Shown here: positions 6,953-16,582 of the stretch, one piece after another
How positions within the stretch are numbered: position 1 is the first letter of the stretch
Layout of the letters: the number at the start of each line of letters is the position of its first letter
IMG/VR virus record: IMGVR_UViG_3300025127_000234
Coordinates: 1 to 25,824 of that record
DNA from: a virus
Lineage: Duplodnaviria; Caudoviricetes
Strand: one strand, 5' to 3'
Length of the DNA: 25,824 nucleotides
Position numbers and translations under genes: made by a program
The notes under the pieces: generated by a model
What the model saw: the letters and a program-made list of their open reading frames with translations, nothing else
Database searches by the model: none
What the model was told of the DNA's origin: nothing

Positions 6953-8191
6953 ATGGGTAAACCAATAGCAAAAAGCATATTAATTGATGCATTAAATGCA
7001 GTAATTAATAACAAGGGTAACAAAGCCGCAGCTTCTAGAGAGCTGGGTATACCACGCACAACATTACTAGAAAGAATAGAACAAGCACAACTACAAGGAG
7101 TTAAACCTACAGTCGTGCCCCCCGATGCTGAAGCGGCATTAATAGAACAACAGTATGAACACGATGCAGAAGTTCGTGAATTAAAAAAGAAAGTAGATGT
7201 ATTAGCTAGAGAAAACTTAGCGCATCAAAGATTAAAAGACAGTTTAATAAAAGCAGAAAAGCATGTAGCCAAGCCGCCAAAATGGCTGACTAAAAATACA
7301 AAAGCAAAAGGTGCACCAGGTGTGCCTACTATATTTTTATCTGACTTTCATTGGGGTGAAGTAGTAGATGAACAAGCTGTTAATGGTATTAATAAATATG
7401 ATAGAGATATAGCATTAAAAAGATTTAAGAACGTAGTAGAAACTACTATTGACTTATGTACTAATCACATGGTTAATCCTAGATATCCAGGAATAATCTG
7501 TGCTTTGGGTGGCGATATGATATCTGGTGATATACATGACGAGCTAGCAGAAAACAATGATGGCACTAATATAGAACATGTGTTGGATTTGCTAGATAAT
7601 ATGACATGGGCACTAGAAAGATTTGCTAAAGTTTTCGGTAAAGTATTTGTACCCTGTACCTATGGTAATCACTCCAGAACTTATAAGCAATATCGCCACA
7701 AACAAGCGGCAAAAACTAACTATGATTGGATGCTATACAATCTGTTAGCAAGACATTTTAAAAATGATAACCGTATACAGTTCCAAATACCTACAGGCTT
7801 TGATACAGTATATAAAGTCTATGGTATTAACTACTTACTGACACATGGAGATCGTCTCGGTGTGGCAGGGGGCACGGGAATTGTGGGTATGCTTGGTCCG
7901 ATAGCACGTGGTGTGCAGAAGATTAAACAAGAATACCATAATAGAAATAAGACTATTGATTACGTATTACTTGGGCACTACCACCAGTATATATCTCTAA
8001 AAGGTACTATTGTTAATGGATCTACTAAAGGATATGACGAGTATGCTTACTCAAATAGATTTACATCAGAGCGACCACAACAAGCACTATGGTTTACACA
8101 CCCAGAATACGGGGTGACATTCCAAGTTCCTGTAGTAGTTGATGAGCCTAAAGGATCTAAGTCTAAAGAGTGGGTTTCTTGGATGTGTTAA
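6953..8191 (+). CDS. Fis-like HTH + coiled coil + calcineurin-like metallophosphoesterase
   Basis: N-terminal GNKAAASRELGIPRTTLLERI (HTH); all five phosphoesterase motifs SDFH, GGDMISG, GNH, THGD, GHYH. Confidence 0.88.
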   Translation: MGKPIAKSILIDALNAVINNKGNKAAASRELGIPRTTLLERIEQAQLQGVKPTVVPPDAEAALIEQQYEHDAEVRELKKKVDVLARENLAHQRLKDSLIKAEKHVAKPPKWLTKNTKAKGAPGVPTIFLSDFHWGEVVDEQAVNGINKYDRDIALKRFKNVVETTIDLCTNHMVNPRYPGIICALGGDMISGDIHDELAENNDGTNIEHVLDLLDNMTWALERFAKVFGKVFVPCTYGNHSRTYKQYRHKQAAKTNYDWMLYNLLARHFKNDNRIQFQIPTGFDTVYKVYGINYLLTHGDRLGVAGGTGIVGMLGPIARGVQKIKQEYHNRNKTIDYVLLGHYHQYISLKGTIVNGSTKGYDEYAYSNRFTSERPQQALWFTHPEYGVTFQVPVVVDEPKGSKSKEWVSWMC

Positions 8192-11100
8192 TCTAATCCT
8201 AGTACCTCACGGTCTCGTAGGTTTCTAATAATTTGACCAGCGGGGTACTGTGTTAGTCTAAAGTTTCTAAATAAATCTTTCATGGCTTCATTCCTTAAAG
8301 CATCTACGTCTGGAAAAAAATTATAAGTTGGGTCCATTTTAGAATTAAATACAATTACTTTTTCTAGTGCTTCTTCTAGCTGATCGTTTCCTTTTTCTAT
8401 AAGATCTCTATCATTTGTCTCTGCGCCTACCATTATATTTCTAAAACCTTCAGTTATTAAATTGTTTATTCTGGTCCTAAACATTCTTGTTTCGCCACCA
8501 GTAAATTTTTCTAGGCGCAATGCTTCTCTTTCTTTTGATATTTTAGTAGGAGTAAAACCTATACTCTGCCATAATATATCTAAAGCGTTGAGATCATCAG
8601 TTAGCAAAGTGCCTGTAGATGAATACGCTCTTCCGTCTTTAGACATTTCAAAACCTTTGTAAATATTTTTTAAAAATGTAGGTAATAAGGCATCTATATA
8701 TGTAGAGAATTTAATACCACCTGTTTGAGTTAATTCTTGAAATAATTTTCTAGCATTGTCAATGAATATAGCACCTGGTGCACCAGTTATTGCACTTAAA
8801 TCTTGTGGCACTGGAGCTCCTAATACATTAAGAGCAGCTCTTGCTTGATCAGATCCTGGAAATCTAAATGCAATTCTTTTATTTATGTCCACATTTGCAA
8901 CAGCATTTATCAATCCGTTCTCAGCTGCTTCGATTAAAAATTCAGGTGTGCCTAAATCATCAAGCATTACTCTGAAATCTTGTCTTAAATCTTTGTCTAC
9001 TCCTGTATATATTTTTCTAACTAAATCAAATAAAAATGCACCATCTTCTCCACCAGGTAAACCAAAGAAACCAGCAGATAAGAATATAGCTAACATCATT
9101 CTGCCAAATATTTTTTGCCCTGTGTATTTTCTATTCTTATTACCTGCAGTCAACATTCTTAAAAAGACACCCATCATCTGACTGATATATGTTTGAAATA
9201 AAAACACAGGAGCGCCAAGACTTCTCATTATTTTAGGTTTATTTATTTTGTTATATAAACCAAATGTCTCTTCAGTTAATTCTTCTGCAATAATTCTAGG
9301 AGTAACCACACCACCGTTGGCTGCAACAGCTGCTCTAAATAGTGCATTGTTTTCCATTAAAAATTCTGTAGCATTTTTTCTAAATGTAGGATCTTGAGCT
9401 AATCTATGAATAGCTAAGAATGCAGTAGATCTAGCAAAAGTTTCGAAAGTTTGGAAAGCTCCACCGATTATTGTATTTTCTACAGTTCTAAATTTAGATC
9501 TTAAACTATTTCTTGTTCTAATATTTAAAGTTCCAGATGGCATACCTGCTTCTCTAACAGCTGAGCCTTGTTTTATAACACCATTAAAAACAGCTGCTAA
9601 AAAATCATCAGCTTGATCTTCAGGAAGATTTTCTCTTCTTATATCTAGGAATAAATCTTGATAAGATCTATTTTTACCGCTTAACATTTTACTTGTAATA
9701 GCAAATGCTCTTGCTAATTCTTTTTTGGTTTGTACTTCCCCTCCAAATTGTGCTATATAAGGACCTGTTATTTGAAGAAGACTTAGTAACTGTAAAAATG
9801 CTGAAGATAAATTACCTCCTAAGTACCACCAGAATCCTAATCTTCTTAAATTTGCAAACTCTTGTTCTGGGTCACTAGTATAATCATACCACTGTTGGTA
9901 AGCTCTTCTTTTAGCTGCATTAGGTTCTTTAGCTGGATCTGTTACTTCTTTTAGAAGCCTATTAGAAGAAGTATTGTATCTATTAGCTGCGGCAGCTTGC
10001 GCAGCTGCTTGTGCATATTGTGTTAAAGCTCTACCAAAATCATTACTAAATCCAGGAACACCACCTATTTCTCTTCTAGGTTTAAAGTAAAAAGAATAGC
10101 CTCTAATATTTCTTCCTACTTTTTTATTTATTATACTATCTAATTCTTTCCGTACTTCTAAATAAGCATTGACATTTACATCTGACAAATGTTGAGCTAC
10201 AGAATCTAGACTATCAAAATCATCTCCCACCATTTTTCTTAATTCTGCTATACTAACTTCTTGTGCGTTTGATATAACAAAATTACCAGAGCCATACTTC
10301 TTTTCAAGCTCTGCTCTTACTTCTGGCTCTTCGTCTAAAAAACTAGTTCCAAATTTTCCTTTATTAAATTGTCTGTAGTCTACTAAATCTCCAGACTGTT
10401 TCTCTTTTACTGTAATATAAAAATTTCCGTACCTTTGTAATGGAACATAATCATTCTTTTTAAAATCTTCAAATTGTTTTAAGTCAGCTACTAGCGCAGA
10501 TAGCCCAGAGCCTTGTGGATTTGTTTTAGTTCCTCTAGTAGTTCCTACTATAGGAGGTACTACTTTAGTTAACACTTCATCTCTACCTGTGTCTGGTTGT
10601 AGTATAGTATCAGATTCTTTTAACTTTTCTAAAATATAACTAAGTTGACGATAAGTTAAATTCTCTTGTTCTTCAACAGGCATATTAAAATCTACTATAC
10701 CATTGTTTGCTAAGTCTGGTCTGTAATCTCTTAATATTCTTAATCCATTTGTTATTACATCTCTAGTATTTTCATCAGCAAGTAAACCTTTGACCACTTC
10801 ACCATGTAATACTGCTAGAGCTTTTTGTACATCTTCATAAGCACGTGCTGCATTGCCTCTAAGAACAACAGTTTCTCCTGCTTTTACTGTGCTACCAGCG
10901 GCTCTTCCATTTTCTTGTGCTACAAAAACTATTTCACCGTTTTCATTTGCCCTGAATATACCAGGAGATCTTTTAGTTATTATTGGCTCGCCTGTCTCTG
11001 GATTTACTGATCTTTGTGATATAGGTTGTTGCGATATTTCTAAAGCTTTTATTAAAGCGTCACGAACTTCTGGGTCACCCATTGCTGGTATAAAATAATC

Positions 11101-14100
11101 TTGTAATATAGAAGTAAACTCTGTAACTATTTCTGTTTGCTTACGATCTTTTGCTCTGACATTTTCAAATAAAAATTCAAAGCCACCACCAGCAATAGCC
11201 CAGTTTCTAGGATGTCCAAATATTTTAGAACGTGTGCTCCACTTCTCTAAACTTTGGGTGCCCCCTTTATCAAACATACCTTTGACTTGATTTATCTTGT
11301 TATTAAATTGAGCAAAGTCTCTTCTTTGTTGTTCTCTTGTAGGAGGTTCTTGTCCTTGTTCTAGTGGAGGATCACTAGGATCAGGAGTAAATGATCGTGA
11401 TTCTAATATATTAGGAATAGTGGAATCATAATTGCCATTGTTGTATACGCTCTTTAATTGTGTAGGTTTAAATACTATGTAAGAATCAAATAAATATTTA
11501 TCAAATAATTCTAGGTCTCTTTCAAATTCATTCCTATAAACAATACCATCGTAACCTTTATTTTGTATTTCATTAATTAATATTTTGTACTGCTGTCTAA
11601 CAGTTTTATTTTCCATAGCTTTTAATATTCTACGTTGTTCTGCTTTTGTAAATATAGGTTTGTAAACTGTATTGGGTGGTGCTTCTCTTTCACTACGTAT
11701 TTTAACAGAGGCAGGGTTTTGTACTATTTGAAACTTATTAGGATCTCCTGTTAAAGTTTCTAAAACAACATTAGGTAGCCAATTACCTAGATCTGGCATA
11801 CGTAAAGGATTTTGTATAGACACCATAACAGGATATACTTGTGCATTTTTTAAATACTCAGCTTGTTTATCTACAGATATATCAACTGGAAAACTAGGAG
11901 TTCTATCTTTTAAATTTCTTATTATACTATTAGCTTGTCCTGCAGTACCTACGTGAGCTCCCAGATCTACAGTGTTGCCTATGAATGGTATTTGTTTTGT
12001 TGTGCCATGAAATGCTACTAATGGGGCATTTGCTCTATCAATATCAGCTGTAGATAATACTGAAGCTCTGATTAAATCAAATTGATTTTTAAAAGACCCA
12101 GGTGAAAGATTATCTGTTATACTATATTTAAAAAGAAAATTCTTAGGTCCTATTAATAAATCTAATATAGCATTTTGAGCGGGTGTATTTAAATATGTAT
12201 CTAAAAATGTTTCAGTAAAAGTTATTATGTCTGCAATTCTTCTATCTTCTGTAATATATTTATCTATCATACCATGATTTTTATTTGCAAACTTAGATAA
12301 TTTATCTATAAGAAAAACATACTGCGTTATTTCTTCTTGAGTTGGTATACCTTCTGGGCGACCATTGCCTGTTAATAAATCTAATGCCTTAACTATATTA
12401 AGTAAATAAGTTCTAATTAGTACATCGTTTTCTTCTGATATTTTTTCTTCTGCTCCTATGAAAGGTATATTATCTGATGATTTTTCTATACCTTGTCCTT
12501 TTCTAAAAGATACAGGTATAGCATTATATAATTGTTCTAGTCTATCTAGATCGGCATTGTCTACCTCATATAGTGCACTAAGACGCTGATCTTCATTAAT
12601 ATAAATTAAAGTATCTTGCCCACCCTCTATTAAATTTTGCGCTACTTGACCATATGTATTAAGATCCATTTTACTTAACGACTGTAAAACTATTCTTCGC
12701 ACATCAGCATATTCATCACTACCAAAAATACTTATTGAACTTTCAGATATTACTTTTTCAGATTCTTCTTTTAATATCTGTTTTTTCTTTTCTTCAGTTA
12801 AAATTTTACCAGCGTCTTCAGAAAAGATACTAAAAGTAAGAGGTATCTCTTCACCTACTTTTAAAGAATCTTCTAATTCATCTAACTCTTCTTTAGTTTT
12901 ATATCTAACAGTGGTGCCTTCTGGTCTTTCACGCCCAAACTTTTCTTTGTATAATCTATCTTGCTCTTCTTTAGATAATATGGTACGAACTATCTCCCCT
13001 TTTTCTTTTCCTTTTTTAGATACTTGTCTATCAGGCGTAGGGAATTTAATTATGTCTGCAGTTTTTTTTATTTCTGGGAACTGATTTTTTATACTAGGTT
13101 CTAATCTATTTTTTATAAGTAAGTTAGCATTAGCATTATTAGTTCCTTGTCCTGTAATTTTTATAGCATTATGCGTGCCCCCTTTAACCACAGAGTTTTT
13201 AAACCATGCTTGGAAGTTACTTCTATTTAAAAGAGTAGATTGTTCTATATTTAAATCTTTAGTCTTTTGTAACTCTTTATCTTTTCTATCTAAAAATTTC
13301 TTACGGATTATACCTAAATCAGCTTCTTCAAATATATCATGTACACTCTGATAATTTCTATTTAGTAAAATATTACCAATGCCTCTTAATATGTTTTCTA
13401 TAATATCAAATATCTTTTTAATAATACCACGTGGTTGATATTGATTAGCTTTGTATTGAGCAAACCTATCTGATATTGCTTCTAATTGTTGTACAAAACG
13501 GGGGGCACCCGCATATCTTTGTTCTATTTTAAACTCTTTTATCCATGATTTTTCTGCAGCGTCTAGTAATCTTTTTTGTTGTTCAGGTGAAAGCATGGTA
13601 AATATAGCATGCATTGCTTCGTGATGTAATGTATACAGTCTAGGGTCTTGATTTATTCCAATAATTGATGGATCTGCCATATTATTTTTAGCTATAAATA
13701 TAGCTACTTCAGCGTCTCTTGTTGCCAAGTCAACTAAATTATAGTTACCAATAAACTGGAAGAAACCATTACCAGGAAAACCATCTGCTCCTTTTATCTC
13801 ATCTACAAATTTTAAATCTACATTGGGTCCAACAGTACGTAAAAGATAAGATCTGAAATCTGCTTCCATAGATGGCAGGTCATCATATACTGAGTCTTTT
13901 AATTTAGGTGGTTTAGGTGTGATGTTATTAAACTTGTTCCAAAACTTGTAATATCTTTTCTCTCTTATTATCTTTTTCTGCCCAAGGATTTTGTTTTTAA
14001 CATCTTTAGGTATAGATTTTAAATTGTTAAAATCTTCATCGGTTAAAGTATCCATGCCTAAAGTAATTAGTAATTCATTAACATAGACTTTAGCTTCTTC

Positions 14101-16539
14101 TATACTTTGTATCTTACCTTCTAAAGCTTTTATTTCTCTTGCTTTTTCTTGAGGTGTTAAAAAAGTAGATCTATTTATCTTGGCAATCTCATCTTTAAAC
14201 TTTTGTATTCTACTATTAAAAGTAGATGCAGGTCCTAAGTCTTGATACTTTCCATTAATTATATTTTGCAAAGCTCTTAGTCTATCTCTTGGTCTGGTAG
14301 ATTTTAAAAGTTTGTAGGCTTTTATCTTATTTATTTCTTTAGGATCTGTAGCATCTTTTAATGCTTGATCAAGTTCTGCTGTAGTATACCTGTCTATTAT
14401 ACCTAAACTTATGCCAGTTTTTCTTAATTCATCAGCTGTTAAAGGTTCGGATATTATTTCTTCTCCTATCTTTTCCATTTGTTCAAATGTAAAAGGTTTA
14501 AATTTTATCTTATTGTTAATAATATTTTCTAATTGTAATCTTCCGTTAGTCTTTGATTTAGCATCTTTAGAATTTACATCGTTTAATAATCTTTGTATAA
14601 ATCTTCTACCGTTTTCTCCTTTAAAATATCCTAGAGAATTTAATGTGTCGTTTTCTTTAGTGCTTAATTCATTTAGATTATCAGAAGCTATATCAGCTAC
14701 ATCTTGTCTGTATACTGCTTCATCATTATTACCTTTAATACCTTTTAAGTCATACCCTCTGCTTTTTAATTTTCTTTCATTAGCTTGATGAGTCTTAGTA
14801 TTTATTAAAGGTCTGTTTTTAATTTCTTCATCTGATTCAGTAAACTCATCTATTGGTTTTTCTTCTGGGGTTTTTACTTCGGGAGTTTGCACAGCAGGAC
14901 CTGCTAATGCAGCACCAGGTGCATTCTTTTTTACAGCATCTTGAAAAGTCATACCTTGTTTCATATCTCTAGCAATACCTTCTGCTTGTTCTGGCGATAC
15001 TCCTACTAAACCTGTAGGAATTCTGCTAGCTTTTGGAGGTGGAGATTCTGGGGCTTGTGTTTGCTCTTTGAGTTCTTCTTTTGTAGGTTCTATTGGATCA
15101 ATTACTAAAGATATGTTAGGTCTATCTGAAACAGGAATAATTTGCTGTGCTCCTCCCTGTGTGCTATTTAAAACATAAAAATCTTCACCATTCATATTAA
15201 CAATACCTGTAACAATAAACTCAGGAGTTACTGCATCGCCTTGTTTGTTTTTTACTAACTCACCATTCTTATCATAGATAGCTTGAATGTTAGATACGTT
15301 TACTCTTTTTCCTGCTATGTCATCAATGTCTTTTCCTTGCACTCTAAAAGTAGCATTGCTTATTGACCCCTTAAAATCTTTATCTCTATCGCTAGGACTT
15401 ATAATGTATTTGTATGTACCACCTGCAGCTCCGAAGGGGGCACCGCCAAATGCACCCATAGCACCTGCGTTAAGAACTGTTTTGTAAAACTCTGGATCAT
15501 TTACTTGCTCTTGTAAAGCTCCTGTAATATCGCCATCACGTTTTCCTTTTTCTAATGTACCTGCTGTTTCTACTAAAGATTCTTGGATAGTTTCTGCTCC
15601 AGCTTCTCTAGCCATTGTAGCTGCTACGTCTTTTGTAAACTTTCCTAAAGTATATTTACCTACACCCTCTTTTGTAGATTTACCTATTATTTTTTCAAAC
15701 CTAACTGGTGCACCTAGTGCTATTTCAGCTGCTGTATATAAAGGAGCTAACGCCATAGTGACACGTAAGTCAGGATCATCCGTTACTTCTAATTGTCCTT
15801 CTGTTATATCAGCACCTGCCATTGCTGTTAAGTATGCTCGGCTAGCATATTTGCCAAACTTGTTGCCTAATTGTGTTGCTCTTATAGAAGCCATTGGTCC
15901 ACCAAAAAGACCTATGGCTCCTCCTATAACAGGGGGAGCGTATCTTAAAAAAAGAAATGGTATGGATGTAGCAAATGCGTTACCCATAGAACCTGCTGCA
16001 AAATCTGTAAAGTGTTGAAGTTTACTTTCGCTATTTAATATGTTGAATATATTTAGGTCATACTCTTCTAGCTGACCCTCTTCATTTAAAAAGAATCTCT
16101 CTGCATCTGCTTTTAATTGATATTGCCTAGTAACAGTTTGCCACTTCTGTTGCATTTCTTCATTGTCTATTGCATCTCCTATGATACTCATTATATTAGA
16201 AGGAATTCTTTTTACAAAGTTAGCACCACTTTTAAATTGTTTAGTAAAAGCACCATCGTCTAGACTCTCAAGTGGTATGGCTTCTGCGTCTAATCCAGGA
16301 ACAAATAAGTATCCTTTATCAAACATATCATTGATAAATTGATCAGAGTTAATTACTTCTTGTATTTTATCTTTAGACATATCCTTTGGAACAATCATAG
16401 TTGGTCCATTAGGATCAGCTGATAGTGCTAGTTTAATTGAGTTTTCGGGAGAAGTTGTAGATGTAGGACTTACATTAAGATTTTGTAAAGACTCTAATAA
16501 TTCTGTTCTAGATGGTCGTAAGTTTATTTCTGTTGCCAT
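8188..16539 (-). CDS. giant polyvalent (probably internal virion/ejected) protein with zincin metallopeptidase, ADP-ribosyltransferase and PLxRFG domains
   Basis: HEAMH...EAISDRF (13623-13609); PLVAFHGT...GAHVGT...YDGIVY...SYIVFKPTQLKS (about 12030-11400); YVPLQRYG (10443-10426); last gene of the virion module. Confidence 0.8.
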   Translation of the reverse strand: MATEINLRPSRTELLESLQNLNVSPTSTTSPENSIKLALSADPNGPTMIVPKDMSKDKIQEVINSDQFINDMFDKGYLFVPGLDAEAIPLESLDDGAFTKQFKSGANFVKRIPSNIMSIIGDAIDNEEMQQKWQTVTRQYQLKADAERFFLNEEGQLEEYDLNIFNILNSESKLQHFTDFAAGSMGNAFATSIPFLFLRYAPPVIGGAIGLFGGPMASIRATQLGNKFGKYASRAYLTAMAGADITEGQLEVTDDPDLRVTMALAPLYTAAEIALGAPVRFEKIIGKSTKEGVGKYTLGKFTKDVAATMAREAGAETIQESLVETAGTLEKGKRDGDITGALQEQVNDPEFYKTVLNAGAMGAFGGAPFGAAGGTYKYIISPSDRDKDFKGSISNATFRVQGKDIDDIAGKRVNVSNIQAIYDKNGELVKNKQGDAVTPEFIVTGIVNMNGEDFYVLNSTQGGAQQIIPVSDRPNISLVIDPIEPTKEELKEQTQAPESPPPKASRIPTGLVGVSPEQAEGIARDMKQGMTFQDAVKKNAPGAALAGPAVQTPEVKTPEEKPIDEFTESDEEIKNRPLINTKTHQANERKLKSRGYDLKGIKGNNDEAVYRQDVADIASDNLNELSTKENDTLNSLGYFKGENGRRFIQRLLNDVNSKDAKSKTNGRLQLENIINNKIKFKPFTFEQMEKIGEEIISEPLTADELRKTGISLGIIDRYTTAELDQALKDATDPKEINKIKAYKLLKSTRPRDRLRALQNIINGKYQDLGPASTFNSRIQKFKDEIAKINRSTFLTPQEKAREIKALEGKIQSIEEAKVYVNELLITLGMDTLTDEDFNNLKSIPKDVKNKILGQKKIIREKRYYKFWNKFNNITPKPPKLKDSVYDDLPSMEADFRSYLLRTVGPNVDLKFVDEIKGADGFPGNGFFQFIGNYNLVDLATRDAEVAIFIAKNNMADPSIIGINQDPRLYTLHHEAMHAIFTMLSPEQQKRLLDAAEKSWIKEFKIEQRYAGAPRFVQQLEAISDRFAQYKANQYQPRGIIKKIFDIIENILRGIGNILLNRNYQSVHDIFEEADLGIIRKKFLDRKDKELQKTKDLNIEQSTLLNRSNFQAWFKNSVVKGGTHNAIKITGQGTNNANANLLIKNRLEPSIKNQFPEIKKTADIIKFPTPDRQVSKKGKEKGEIVRTILSKEEQDRLYKEKFGRERPEGTTVRYKTKEELDELEDSLKVGEEIPLTFSIFSEDAGKILTEEKKKQILKEESEKVISESSISIFGSDEYADVRRIVLQSLSKMDLNTYGQVAQNLIEGGQDTLIYINEDQRLSALYEVDNADLDRLEQLYNAIPVSFRKGQGIEKSSDNIPFIGAEEKISEENDVLIRTYLLNIVKALDLLTGNGRPEGIPTQEEITQYVFLIDKLSKFANKNHGMIDKYITEDRRIADIITFTETFLDTYLNTPAQNAILDLLIGPKNFLFKYSITDNLSPGSFKNQFDLIRASVLSTADIDRANAPLVAFHGTTKQIPFIGNTVDLGAHVGTAGQANSIIRNLKDRTPSFPVDISVDKQAEYLKNAQVYPVMVSIQNPLRMPDLGNWLPNVVLETLTGDPNKFQIVQNPASVKIRSEREAPPNTVYKPIFTKAEQRRILKAMENKTVRQQYKILINEIQNKGYDGIVYRNEFERDLELFDKYLFDSYIVFKPTQLKSVYNNGNYDSTIPNILESRSFTPDPSDPPLEQGQEPPTREQQRRDFAQFNNKINQVKGMFDKGGTQSLEKWSTRSKIFGHPRNWAIAGGGFEFLFENVRAKDRKQTEIVTEFTSILQDYFIPAMGDPEVRDALIKALEISQQPISQRSVNPETGEPIITKRSPGIFRANENGEIVFVAQENGRAAGSTVKAGETVVLRGNAARAYEDVQKALAVLHGEVVKGLLADENTRDVITNGLRILRDYRPDLANNGIVDFNMPVEEQENLTYRQLSYILEKLKESDTILQPDTGRDEVLTKVVPPIVGTTRGTKTNPQGSGLSALVADLKQFEDFKKNDYVPLQRYGNFYITVKEKQSGDLVDYRQFNKGKFGTSFLDEEPEVRAELEKKYGSGNFVISNAQEVSIAELRKMVGDDFDSLDSVAQHLSDVNVNAYLEVRKELDSIINKKVGRNIRGYSFYFKPRREIGGVPGFSNDFGRALTQYAQAAAQAAAANRYNTSSNRLLKEVTDPAKEPNAAKRRAYQQWYDYTSDPEQEFANLRRLGFWWYLGGNLSSAFLQLLSLLQITGPYIAQFGGEVQTKKELARAFAITSKMLSGKNRSYQDLFLDIRRENLPEDQADDFLAAVFNGVIKQGSAVREAGMPSGTLNIRTRNSLRSKFRTVENTIIGGAFQTFETFARSTAFLAIHRLAQDPTFRKNATEFLMENNALFRAAVAANGGVVTPRIIAEELTEETFGLYNKINKPKIMRSLGAPVFLFQTYISQMMGVFLRMLTAGNKNRKYTGQKIFGRMMLAIFLSAGFFGLPGGEDGAFLFDLVRKIYTGVDKDLRQDFRVMLDDLGTPEFLIEAAENGLINAVANVDINKRIAFRFPGSDQARAALNVLGAPVPQDLSAITGAPGAIFIDNARKLFQELTQTGGIKFSTYIDALLPTFLKNIYKGFEMSKDGRAYSSTGTLLTDDLNALDILWQSIGFTPTKISKEREALRLEKFTGGETRMFRTRINNLITEGFRNIMVGAETNDRDLIEKGNDQLEEALEKVIVFNSKMDPTYNFFPDVDALRNEAMKDLFRNFRLTQYPAGQIIRNLRDREVLGLD

Positions 16540-16545
16540 GTCCTT

Positions 16546-16579
16546 TACACCTTAGTGTATTCAGAGAATATTATTCTCT
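16546..16579. repeat. two tandem inverted repeats upstream of the giant gene
   Basis: AGAGAATA-T-TATTCTCT (16563-16579) and TACAC-CTTA-GTGTA (16546-16559). Confidence 0.6.
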
Positions 16580-16582
16580 TAG

